A program made the position numbers and the translations under genes. Below are positions 39,019 through 48,293 of a stretch of DNA of 64,000 nucleotides, piece by piece. Location: IMG/VR virus record IMGVR_UViG_3300036770_006954, positions 1-64,000 of that record; one strand, given 5' to 3'. Source of the stretch: a virus. The notes under the pieces were generated by a model. It saw only the letters and a list, made by a program, of their open reading frames with translations. It was not told the origin of the DNA and searched no databases. Positions within the stretch are counted from its first letter, which is position 1. Every line of letters starts with the position of its first letter.

Positions 39019-42000
39019 TATAATAATTGTGCCTTTCCGATTATAACATTTGCACCAACCGAAGTGGTCCAAGATGTTGTATTGGAGTCAATGTTATTTT
39101 TGTTACCTAAGTTTTTAATTAATTGTACTTGTTCTGCGGTTGGTTGTAAAATGGTTTCGTAGGTAAAGACTCTTTCTTTGTTTAGGTTGAATGGGTTGAA
39201 ATTCAAATAATCTCTAAGAGCATTTGTTTGAAAATCAGTCAAGAATGTATTTGTCGCTGCGTTTTCTGATAGGTAGGCAGGTCTTGCGACTCCCTTCCAA
39301 TAGTTATCGAATGATTGTTCCACTTGAACAAAAGTGACATTACCCAATACTCCTTGGTTATCTCTTAAATTACCAATAATAGCTTCCTTGAAAGTATTGT
39401 ATCGATTCTCATCCAATATTTGTTGTGACAAAATGAAGTATTGTCTTCTATTTGCCTCACTATCCCAAAAGGTATCATCCGTAAATGGCTCAAAAACTTG
39501 TGATTTAACAGCATCTTGGTCAGGAAGGTCTGTTACGGTATATCCCGAATAAACTTTACCACTCACATTAGCGGTGTACAGACTCTCAATTACATTATTG
39601 AATTCTGTGAGTGCCGAAGCCACCACTCCAATATCTTGAATAAGTTCTTCAAGAGTATTTGTCACACCTGCAGAGGACGCTGATATTGCCGATGTTCCTG
39701 AGATGTTCAACACAACAGCATTACCATTCGTGGTTTGGAATCCATCCATACCTAAGGTCGGGTCACTATCGTAGTACGGAATCACATTTGCCCGAGAAAG
39801 TGTTTGAATATAAGATGTTTGAGTATCAACTAAGTTTTGAAGAATTGTTGTTGCCCCATTTTGGAATTCACCTCTAAAGTTAGCAACATAATCTTTGTAA
39901 TTATTTTTGATAGCTCTTATCGTTTTATTCGAGAATATTCTAACATCATCAACCAAGTATTTTATAAATCCATCTTGGTCGTTAGTAATATCAGTGGTAA
40001 ATGATTGGAAAACACTATTCACATCACTTTCGAATTTTGATGGTTTACCAAACAATGGTACATTGTATCCAACACCAGTTACTAACATTTCACCATCAGT
40101 ATATCTTCTTGAGAAACTAAATTGTTGTCTAACAGCATTGTTGTATTGTAAATTCAAATCCCTAATCTTGTTATTAACTGTTGCAAAATAGTTTTGTGTC
40201 TGACCAACTAAAGAAGCCATAAATTCTTGGTATGCAATCGTACCAATATCCCCATTAGCAGTGTTTGTCGTAGTTAAAACACGACCAATCGTTTCTAAAT
40301 TGCTCTTTGGTTGTGTAGATTGAACTTGATTTAACGTTGGTGGTGGTACCTTAAGATTAAGTTGTTGAATGAATTCTTGGTCGAGTACCTTGTAACTATC
40401 GTCCGTAGCGTCCGCTCTATCGTCATATATTTCAGTATTCGCATAGAAATTGAACGACAATGCATTCTGTAGTTTGTCTACGGACTCTTTCAAACCTTGA
40501 CCCCCAACAAATTGGAATGAAAGTGTTACATTTGCAATCATCGGTTGTACACCAATTCCTTCAGGATTCAAATCCAAATCCTCATATGTAATTGATAGGT
40601 TTTCGGGTATAATCTTGGAGTGGAAGAAGTCACCAACCCTTAATACTAATACTGGTGGAGCACCAAAAGCTGTGTTTACGGCATTGTTATACTGAAGACT
40701 GGTTCCTCCTTGTTTGTCAGTTTTTACAGTTGGAATTGTGTCTCCAGGTCTCATACACTGTTGAAGGAATGTCAATCTTGAATTGAGACCTTCAGGTGTT
40801 ATAGAGTGGAATGCAGGATGAAAGAACTTTAGTTTTTCTTTCAAACTGTCATAGACCATTGGCGTTTGTTCTTTGATTACTTCAAAATAATCACACTCAG
40901 ATAATAAACTACGAAGAACTCTTTTTGTAATATTGTCTCTAAAAACAGTTTCTTCAACTACCTGTGTCACGGGTGGTTTCGGTCTCCTTTGTTCAATGAT
41001 TTGTTCATCATAAAATGGAATTTCTTCAGGAACATCAATGTCAGTAGTAGGTGGAACTTGTTTAAACTCAATGTTTGTAATTGCCGTTCTACGACAAGCC
41101 ATCGCATTGACACTATAAACTTGTGATGTTCTTGAAAGAGAATCTTGGTTCGTACAATCAAATAAACCATAGGCTCTGTTATCAAGTCCAATTGGTATTA
41201 CATTTTTAGCTAATTCTCCCTCTGTAATTTGAGTGATAGTCAATCTTTTAGGGTTACTTTCCATAAACGTTTTTAATTGACCAATACTTTCAATATATTT
41301 AATTGCGGAAACCATTCTTCTTTGTGAAAGAAGTTCGTTGTATGGCACTGTTTGAGGATTAGAGGCACTACTCTCTAAAACTAAATGACATGTTGCAGTC
41401 TCATCGTTTTCTAAATCCTTACTAAGTTGGATTAACATTTCCTCAATTGCACTTTTGTTTCCTTCCACAACTTGAGTAAAAAATTCTGAAACCTGAAATT
41501 GTTCATTTATTTTTGAACTCTCAACTGCATATTTTTGTTTGTTTGCTGGACTTGTGTAAGTATTATAATAAACCTCATAATTCTGTACTTCAACATTCGG
41601 TTTAGGAATGTCATTTTCGAAATACAATCCATAGTTTTGAAGTTTCAAATAATCAAATCCTGATGTGGTGAAACTTGATTGAGAACCTGATGGCGTATAC
41701 CCCCCTCCAGCAGTTCCACCGGCACTAGTATCAAATCCCCCACTTTGAACTGTTCTCACATAGTATTCCACATCCTCACCTGAAACATTTTTTGTTTCCA
41801 ATCTTTGTTGAATTTCAAAAATGTCGTTAGGATTTACCGTGTAATACTTTCTTGCAAGTTCATACAAATCATATTTTCTACAACCAGCGAAGAATGAATC
41901 CAAAATTTCATCAGCTCTTTGACTCAAATTTGTATCATTCAAAACCCTATTAACCAACATATTCATTACAGAGGGGTGGTCAACAACAATTTTCCATTGT

Positions 42001-44075
42001 AGGGAACCAGACCTTGAACTATTTGCATAGGTAAACACTGGCTCGGGTCTCCCAATAAAATCAGTTTGTTTGAAACTTGCTCTTGTTGATTCATTAAAGG
42101 TTAAACCGTAAGGAGGAAACCACATAACTCGTCCACCATTTGGTCCTCTCTCACAAACAGGTAAATCAGAATATGTTAAACCAGGTCTGTTAGATGTTCT
42201 CCAAGCAAGGTTTTCCAATGAGAACATGTACTTTTTAGCATATCCATTAGGTCCACCGATAATATTGGTTGAATCTTGTCCACCTTCTCTTTTGTTTGGT
42301 GCAATGTTTAAGTTGTAGGTCTTATCAAAAATAGAGTAAGAGAATCTTCTACCTTCAGTGGTTATACCATCTTGTTTTTGTAAATCATTGTACTGAAGGT
42401 ACGGAGTATCTTTTTGGAATATTCTACAATATTCTGCACCTACTTCAGCGCCGATAGCACCAATATATCTTTTTACTCTCGAACCTTTTGTAATTTCTTT
42501 ATATCCGTCGTTGAATACTTTGGATACTTGGTCTATGGCATTTCCGGCGTGTTGAAGTCTTCTACCTCCTCTTGGCTGCGAATCAATGATTCTTTGGGTG
42601 TCATCCATAATCGAACCCTGTCTGAATTCAAATTCAGTTGACTCTGTGGGTTGATATGCTGACGGTCTAAAGTCTGGGTCTTCAGCAATTATTTCACCAC
42701 CATTACCAACAAACTTTCCAGCATTTCCCTTGAATTTTGGTGATACCCAAGTAAACCCACCAACAATGTCACCACCACTACTATATGTTGGTCCATTTGC
42801 GCCTAAGTTTAGAGATTGACCTGGTCCCTCATAGAGTTGGGCCAGTTCCTGTGGACCATAAACTGGAGACTGAATTTCTCTACCGAAACGGTCAACAGGA
42901 ATATCACCTGAGGGTGAAAATATTTGAGCAGGTTCAGATTTTACACTACCGATGTAGTATTCACCATTGTTTGTATTTCTACCTTGAAGCGCCCCCGCAA
43001 CTCTATCAAAAATAGGTCTATCATAACCAGGCTTGTAAAGATTGTAATCTAAGTTCTTAAATAATTGTGACCTTTGACCACCACCAGTGTTTTCCAAAAA
43101 TAATTGGGAACCTCTAAGGTTTGATTGAGAATTTAATCTCGCAAAAAATCTTCCAAGACCAGCAGCCGCATTTGCCCCCAAAAACGCACTTGCTAATTGT
43201 TGTCCTGTCGTCGGGATACCACTATTAATTTGAGGGTCAAAATACTGACCCGGTATAACAGAGAACGGTGCATAAGAACCTGAAATTCTATTCAAAAGAC
43301 CTGCCGCCGCACCGGCAACTGTTGACCCCTCAGTGATTGTCCAATTCGGTTCCAATAAAGGAACCCTACCATTAATAAACCCTAAGATATCTTCCCCCCC
43401 GTTTACATTAAGGAAGTTAGCCCTTCCTAAAGTATTCCTTCTTATTTGACGACCAATATTGTATTCTATTTGTCTTCTTAGGTTTGTCGCTGCTAATTTT
43501 GCCAAAAAAGAGTCACTCGAAAGAAGTCCATTAGAACCCTGTGGGTCAGGGTTGAGCATAATCCCTATTGTAGAATATGAGGACGGATTGAAGTTAGGAT
43601 ATGGTTGTGCGTTTGTTGAACGTCCATTGTTTTGAGTCAATATCTCTAATGAACCAAAAAACTGAGCTGAGTCCAATAGTTGGTCCGTACTTGCATAAGC
43701 ATTTAGTGGTTTCCACGCAGGAGCCACTCCAGGGAATCCTATCTGAGCAGCACTGAATCCCTCATCAATAATGTTCGCATCTTGATATCCATATTCACCC
43801 TCATTACTTCGGGTGTTTTGGAGAATGTTGACATCTCTTACTTGTTTGTATCCTCCGTCTGAACCATATTGGTTTAAAGGGTATAGGAGGTTGGCTAATA
43901 CGGGAGTATCAATTAAAGTATCATCAGTATCAACCGGTGATAAATCTCGTTGAATAGTTTCGTAGTTATAGGGGGGGTTAGGAAATTTGGGAGACTTCTG
44001 ATAAGGTTTTAAATTCCTTACCACGAGTTTCTTCCTAAAAACCTCTGAACTTGGAAAATCAAGTGGACTACCCAT
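39018..44075 (-). CDS. Tail tube initiator-like protein (gp48/gp54-like domains) with an inserted OmpA-like domain
   Basis: FPPY...FNES...FIGRPEPVFTY...RSGSLQWKI; PPVLVLRVGDF...IANVTLSF; SASN...YNELLSQRR. Confidence 0.6.
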   Translation of the reverse strand: MGSPLDFPSSEVFRKKLVVRNLKPYQKSPKFPNPPYNYETIQRDLSPVDTDDTLIDTPVLANLLYPLNQYGSDGGYKQVRDVNILQNTRSNEGEYGYQDANIIDEGFSAAQIGFPGVAPAWKPLNAYASTDQLLDSAQFFGSLEILTQNNGRSTNAQPYPNFNPSSYSTIGIMLNPDPQGSNGLLSSDSFLAKLAATNLRRQIEYNIGRQIRRNTLGRANFLNVNGGEDILGFINGRVPLLEPNWTITEGSTVAGAAAGLLNRISGSYAPFSVIPGQYFDPQINSGIPTTGQQLASAFLGANAAAGLGRFFARLNSQSNLRGSQLFLENTGGGQRSQLFKNLDYNLYKPGYDRPIFDRVAGALQGRNTNNGEYYIGSVKSEPAQIFSPSGDIPVDRFGREIQSPVYGPQELAQLYEGPGQSLNLGANGPTYSSGGDIVGGFTWVSPKFKGNAGKFVGNGGEIIAEDPDFRPSAYQPTESTEFEFRQGSIMDDTQRIIDSQPRGGRRLQHAGNAIDQVSKVFNDGYKEITKGSRVKRYIGAIGAEVGAEYCRIFQKDTPYLQYNDLQKQDGITTEGRRFSYSIFDKTYNLNIAPNKREGGQDSTNIIGGPNGYAKKYMFSLENLAWRTSNRPGLTYSDLPVCERGPNGGRVMWFPPYGLTFNESTRASFKQTDFIGRPEPVFTYANSSRSGSLQWKIVVDHPSVMNMLVNRVLNDTNLSQRADEILDSFFAGCRKYDLYELARKYYTVNPNDIFEIQQRLETKNVSGEDVEYYVRTVQSGGFDTSAGGTAGGGYTPSGSQSSFTTSGFDYLKLQNYGLYFENDIPKPNVEVQNYEVYYNTYTSPANKQKYAVESSKINEQFQVSEFFTQVVEGNKSAIEEMLIQLSKDLENDETATCHLVLESSASNPQTVPYNELLSQRRMVSAIKYIESIGQLKTFMESNPKRLTITQITEGELAKNVIPIGLDNRAYGLFDCTNQDSLSRTSQVYSVNAMACRRTAITNIEFKQVPPTTDIDVPEEIPFYDEQIIEQRRPKPPVTQVVEETVFRDNITKRVLRSLLSECDYFEVIKEQTPMVYDSLKEKLKFFHPAFHSITPEGLNSRLTFLQQCMRPGDTIPTVKTDKQGGTSLQYNNAVNTAFGAPPVLVLRVGDFFHSKIIPENLSITYEDLDLNPEGIGVQPMIANVTLSFQFVGGQGLKESVDKLQNALSFNFYANTEIYDDRADATDDSYKVLDQEFIQQLNLKVPPPTLNQVQSTQPKSNLETIGRVLTTTNTANGDIGTIAYQEFMASLVGQTQNYFATVNNKIRDLNLQYNNAVRQQFSFSRRYTDGEMLVTGVGYNVPLFGKPSKFESDVNSVFQSFTTDITNDQDGFIKYLVDDVRIFSNKTIRAIKNNYKDYVANFRGEFQNGATTILQNLVDTQTSYIQTLSRANVIPYYDSDPTLGMDGFQTTNGNAVVLNISGTSAISASSAGVTNTLEELIQDIGVVASALTEFNNVIESLYTANVSGKVYSGYTVTDLPDQDAVKSQVFEPFTDDTFWDSEANRRQYFILSQQILDENRYNTFKEAIIGNLRDNQGVLGNVTFVQVEQSFDNYWKGVARPAYLSENAATNTFLTDFQTNALRDYLNFNPFNLNKERVFTYETILQPTAEQVQLIKNLGNKNNIDSNTTSWTTSVGANVIIGKAQLL

Positions 44076-44105
44076 TTACTCTTTTATTTATAAATAGGTT
44101 TTTAA

Positions 44106-45836
44106 TTATTTTTTTGTCAATTCTTTAATTGCCGCTTCGGTCTTAACCTTAACAATCTTATAGATATTGTCCCTAACTTCGGGACTATTGAATATATTAA
44201 AGATTTGTTGGTCAGTTAGATTGTTCGGTGCGTTGACATCTATAGTAAAATTACCATCAACATTGACATTTCCAGTAATTGTTTCTGTTGTTGTTGAGGT
44301 TTGTCTTTGGTATTGTTCCCAATTCTGATATCTTGTGTCTGTCTGTTCTCCTATTCTTGAGATATTTTGAGCAGCTTCTCTTTGAGCACTACCTTCACTA
44401 TATCTCGCAAGAAAGGTTTGATATCTTTGAGCTAAGTCCAAACTTATTGTTTGTTCTTCTGCAGCTGTTTTCATTGTCGATAAGACATCTTCTACCGAAC
44501 CCTCACCTTTAAGTAAGTTCATGATTGAGGTTCCAACAATATCTCCGAAGTTTTGAAATTCTCTTCGAAACTCTTCACCAGTTGGTAATGCACCAGGACT
44601 AAACGCAGCATCCGCAATTCTTCCTTCCTCGGTTCTGACATACTCTATGGCTCGTTGTAACCCTTCTTGACCAGCTAATGCATAACTCAATCTCATGGGG
44701 AGTGCCGCGATATCTCGCGCCATAATATCACTTGTTGATAATTGACTTCGAGCAATATCCTCCATTGTCTTAGGTCTATCCTCACCCTGTTTTTTGATAA
44801 GTTCAAACTGAGCTTGTGATAGTTTGTCTAAACTTTCCGTTTGAAGTTTTCCTGTCTCGTCTCTGAATTGAACTTCATACTTTCCACCTTCACCCATTTT
44901 AGCCATGTTGGCAACCAACATTTTATCTTCATCACTACCTCTAATGTCAAAAGATATTTCACCTAATCGTCTATCTAAATCCGCAGCAGCTAATGCAGTC
45001 TTTGAAAATTGTTCAAAGGACATTCCCGCAGTTTCGGCAAGTTCCTTCATCAACCTTACTCCACCAGGATTAATTCTAAAATTACCAGCCTTCTCATCGA
45101 AGTAGGTAAATTGTTTGGTCATCTCAATTAGTGAATCCTGTAAACCTTTTGGGTCATTGATAGATTTATCCATTAAAATGAACGGGTCTACTAAATCACC
45201 TGTCGCAACTCCCAATCTTTGGAAAGCAGCTGCCATTTGTATTGCACCTTCAGGATTTAGAACTTTTTCCGCAAAATCCGATGTGACCTGCATGTCAAAT
45301 CGAAGCATCGAAGCTTGAGCTGCCATTTTGGTAAATCCCACAACACCATCTTGGAAGTTGAATCGATTCATCAAATCAACTTTGGTGAGGACATCTCCCA
45401 TAATTTGAACTGCATTCAAACCTAATGATTGTACATAACCAACAGATTCTTCAACACCCTCAGCAATATTTGAGAGTTCAATACCAACAATACCAAACTG
45501 TTCAACTAAAAATTTTACTTCTTGACCAAGAAATTCCGATGTCGCGAAAATTTCTTGTAGAGATTCTTGAGATGCAACAACATTTCTTCGTGCACCTTCA
45601 CCAATTTCTGCAATAGTTTTACTCAGTTCTGCTGCAGACCCTCCAAGTCTAACAAAATCCGCAACACCATCAGATACCGCAGTTGAAAACTCTAAAAATC
45701 TTTCTCGTGATTCACCGAAAGACCTGTTAATACTGGTGACACCATCTTGTATTCTACCGATATTACCAGCCAAATCAGCAGACTCACCAATTAATGACTT
45801 TAAATTACCCAAAAACCCTAAATCTTCATCTGCCAT
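44106..45836 (-). CDS. Tape measure protein (putative)
   Basis: 576 aa Ala/Gln-rich helical sequence in the canonical position after tube and chaperone genes. Confidence 0.65.
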   Translation of the reverse strand: MADEDLGFLGNLKSLIGESADLAGNIGRIQDGVTSINRSFGESRERFLEFSTAVSDGVADFVRLGGSAAELSKTIAEIGEGARRNVVASQESLQEIFATSEFLGQEVKFLVEQFGIVGIELSNIAEGVEESVGYVQSLGLNAVQIMGDVLTKVDLMNRFNFQDGVVGFTKMAAQASMLRFDMQVTSDFAEKVLNPEGAIQMAAAFQRLGVATGDLVDPFILMDKSINDPKGLQDSLIEMTKQFTYFDEKAGNFRINPGGVRLMKELAETAGMSFEQFSKTALAAADLDRRLGEISFDIRGSDEDKMLVANMAKMGEGGKYEVQFRDETGKLQTESLDKLSQAQFELIKKQGEDRPKTMEDIARSQLSTSDIMARDIAALPMRLSYALAGQEGLQRAIEYVRTEEGRIADAAFSPGALPTGEEFRREFQNFGDIVGTSIMNLLKGEGSVEDVLSTMKTAAEEQTISLDLAQRYQTFLARYSEGSAQREAAQNISRIGEQTDTRYQNWEQYQRQTSTTTETITGNVNVDGNFTIDVNAPNNLTDQQIFNIFNSPEVRDNIYKIVKVKTEAAIKELTKK

Positions 45837-45868
45837 TATGGACTTTTATATTATAAATAGGGTTTTTG

Positions 45869-46024
45869 TTATTTTTTTTGGTTATCTTCAACCCACTTAT
45901 CCAACAGATACTTCCGTATAAAAATCGGCATACTCATAAAATCTGAGTAGGGTATAGAAAATATTTTAGACAAATAGTAAAACTCGTCTATTTGGTTTTT
46001 TCTATAATCAGAAGAAAGGACGAA
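45869..46024 (-). CDS. Hidden +1-frame ORF, T4 gp51-like tail/hub assembly chaperone extension
   Basis: FVLSSDYRKNQIDEFYYLSKIFSIPYSDFMSMPIFIRKYLLDKWVEDNQKK-TAA; overlaps the end of the upstream gene; no ATG at its 5' end. Confidence 0.7.
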   Translation of the reverse strand, partial: FVLSSDYRKNQIDEFYYLSKIFSIPYSDFMSMPIFIRKYLLDKWVEDNQKK

Positions 46025-46751
46025 AAAAGTCAACCCCGAAGCCAATGTTCACCATTAGCTTTTCTCCTGACGGGGCAATAATCACCCGATTCATATCTAA
46101 TCGAGGCACGTTTTCATTCATGAATTTTTTTATGTACTTTGAATCCGCAAACGGCATGGATTCCGCAAACTTTTGGATTTCTACTTTGTCTTGAGTACCA
46201 TCAACCTCCACAATTTCTCTTTGTAGTCTCCAAGTTCTAATTGGAGCAACTCTCCCTTGAGGATAGGTTTCAGATAAATTATTAATTTCTGTAACTTCAC
46301 CGAAATTGAGTGGTTTCAACTTAACTGTTTTTTCGGACATCGGTAGTTTTGTTGTAAAACTTCCGTCTTCATTTGGTTCATTACCACTAATGATGTTAAG
46401 TTCGTCAAGTCTTTCATTCGCAACAAACTTTCTGTTTGTTTTGGGGTCAGTTAAATTCAATTCGATATTTGGACCAAATGCAGTGTTTCTTAAAAAAATT
46501 AAAATCGCTTCAATATCACTTTCGAGTAAGTCTTCAGGTCTCACACCTGGCTCATAAATTTTGGCTCGTAGAAGATTTGTGGTCATATCTTTACCACCCG
46601 CAATCAAAATATTTTCATCACTTGCAGTCAAGTAACCAACCTTCAAAGATGATTTTTTATTCTTATAAAACATTCCCTTTGAGGGAAGGGGTACTACATC
46701 GTGTGGTAGTGTAAACTGTTGTTGTCCGTAATTAATCGTTTCTTGGTCCAT
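46008..46751 (-). CDS. T4 gp26-like hub / tail assembly chaperone
   Basis: VPLPSKGMFY, LTASDENIL, AILIFLRNTAFG, C-terminal GVDFFRP; lies between the tube and tape-measure genes. Confidence 0.75.
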   Translation of the reverse strand: MDQETINYGQQQFTLPHDVVPLPSKGMFYKNKKSSLKVGYLTASDENILIAGGKDMTTNLLRAKIYEPGVRPEDLLESDIEAILIFLRNTAFGPNIELNLTDPKTNRKFVANERLDELNIISGNEPNEDGSFTTKLPMSEKTVKLKPLNFGEVTEINNLSETYPQGRVAPIRTWRLQREIVEVDGTQDKVEIQKFAESMPFADSKYIKKFMNENVPRLDMNRVIIAPSGEKLMVNIGFGVDFFRPFF

Positions 46752-46761
46752 ATAAAAGAAA

Positions 46762-46786
46762 AACCGTAGAGTTTAGCTCTACGGTT
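46762..46786 (-). terminator. Hairpin terminator/attenuator after the tail tube gene
   Basis: Perfect 10-bp stem aaccgtagag/ctctacggtt, followed by UUUCUUUU on the minus strand. Confidence 0.75.
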
Positions 46787-46822
46787 AAATATAAAAGTTA
46801 ATAAAAGTAAATAAATACAATA

Positions 46823-47311
46823 TTAGTAAATCAATACACAACGGTCCATCCTCAAAGTGGCACTGATTGTTGCCAATCCATCTTGAGAGTAGTTTAAGGT
46901 ATTAAAGTTCACATCTGTAAGGAATGTACCATAGAGAATCCATTTCTCCACAACAACACCTGTTGGGTCTAACATCTCTAAGTCAATGTCTTTTTTGTAT
47001 CCTGCTGCGTATCCCATACGACCAGTTACTGATTCAGCGTGAAGACGTACCCATTCCATAAGAGCCTGTGCCGCTGAAGGACCAATAGGGTCACGGAATG
47101 TTACGGGAATAGTTTGCCAGTTAAATCTTCCCGCAACGAAGGTTGAGGTATTCAAGAACTGAATTTCTGTTGGGTTAATCGTAATGTGTGGTCGAGCAGT
47201 TGATTCTACAAACCACTCATTAATACCCAAAGATGATGGAAACCTTAATATAAACCTGTTTTGTCTTTTTGGTTCATAAGGAATCGGCATTTTCATTAAT
47301 AAATCCGCCAT
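46823..47311 (-). CDS. Tail tube protein (T4 gp19-like)
   Basis: EPKRQNRF, AGRFNWQTIPVTFRD, LMEWV, YKKDI.L..LDPTG..VEKW.L.G.F. Confidence 0.9.
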   Translation of the reverse strand: MADLLMKMPIPYEPKRQNRFILRFPSSLGINEWFVESTARPHITINPTEIQFLNTSTFVAGRFNWQTIPVTFRDPIGPSAAQALMEWVRLHAESVTGRMGYAAGYKKDIDLEMLDPTGVVVEKWILYGTFLTDVNFNTLNYSQDGLATISATLRMDRCVLIY

Positions 47312-47420
47312 GGTAATATCTTAATTTTTACTTTTATCTTTTATTATAAATATACCAATGGGCATATTTTTTCTATTGACTTTTTTTTGCGGAAATTTAT
47401 TCTCAACTAGAGTTCCAGTA

Positions 47421-48242
47421 CTAGTATTCTTTTTTTATTCCTCCTTTAGTTGAATATGTTTTTACCGGTTCTTTAATTGATTTAAAATAATCTTTAATCT
47501 TTTCTACATTCCTTTCATCATCATCTGAAAATCCTATAGTTGGCTTGCCTGGTACGAATTTATTTGCTATGTCTTTTTTTAGAAATGCTGTTTTATGTAA
47601 CAGCGCTGCCATAGATTTAACATAATTTACAAAATCTGCCATTGCGCGTACTTTAGCTTCTTCAGGAGAAGATGCACCATCTTCATTTCCAAAACTTACA
47701 GGGTTGTAACGATTTAATTCTAAATAAGACTTAATCATTTCTTCATCGGTCATTTTTTCTTCGTCCACAAAGTCCCGATATTTTTTTAGATTTTTTACTA
47801 ATTCTTTTTTGGAAATACCCCCAAAATCTGTATTGATGTAATTAAAAATAGCTTCTTTGATTGTATTTGGATTATGACCTCGAGCGGTTATAATCGCAAA
47901 GATTGAACCATTATTGATTGATTCTTTGAAATCATTCCATGCTGGTCCAACTTTAGCCTGTAAGGTATCTTTCAAAAATTGTTTGTCACCATGAACCCCA
48001 AAAAATCGGAATGGGTCATCCGAGTAATCAACAATTTTATGACCTAAGTAATTAAAAGTTTGTTTCCCGATTTTGTCTCTGTGAGTTGCAAAATCCTCAG
48101 TTGACATTTCCACTTCTTCATCCTTATCATTTAACAGAATGATTTTGGTTGGCATGTGAACAATGTTATCATCCCAATCAAACGCGTAGTACTTGAGGTC
48201 TGGCGTTCCACTTTTGAAAGTGTCCTTAATTTTAGTTTTCAT
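47421..48242 (-). CDS. HAD-superfamily phosphohydrolase
   Basis: FDWDDNI (motif I), ITARG (motif II), K, GFSDDD (motif IV). Confidence 0.7.
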   Translation of the reverse strand: MKTKIKDTFKSGTPDLKYYAFDWDDNIVHMPTKIILLNDKDEEVEMSTEDFATHRDKIGKQTFNYLGHKIVDYSDDPFRFFGVHGDKQFLKDTLQAKVGPAWNDFKESINNGSIFAIITARGHNPNTIKEAIFNYINTDFGGISKKELVKNLKKYRDFVDEEKMTDEEMIKSYLELNRYNPVSFGNEDGASSPEEAKVRAMADFVNYVKSMAALLHKTAFLKKDIANKFVPGKPTIGFSDDDERNVEKIKDYFKSIKEPVKTYSTKGGIKKEY

Positions 48243-48261
48243 TTTCGATTAGGCAAAAAAA

Positions 48262-48285
48262 GGGTGGGAATTTGTTTTCCCACCC
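48262..48285 (-). terminator. Intrinsic terminator after the tail sheath gene
   Basis: gggtgggaa/ttcccaccc stem followed by a U7 tract on the minus strand. Confidence 0.8.
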
Positions 48286-48293
48286 CAAAGATA

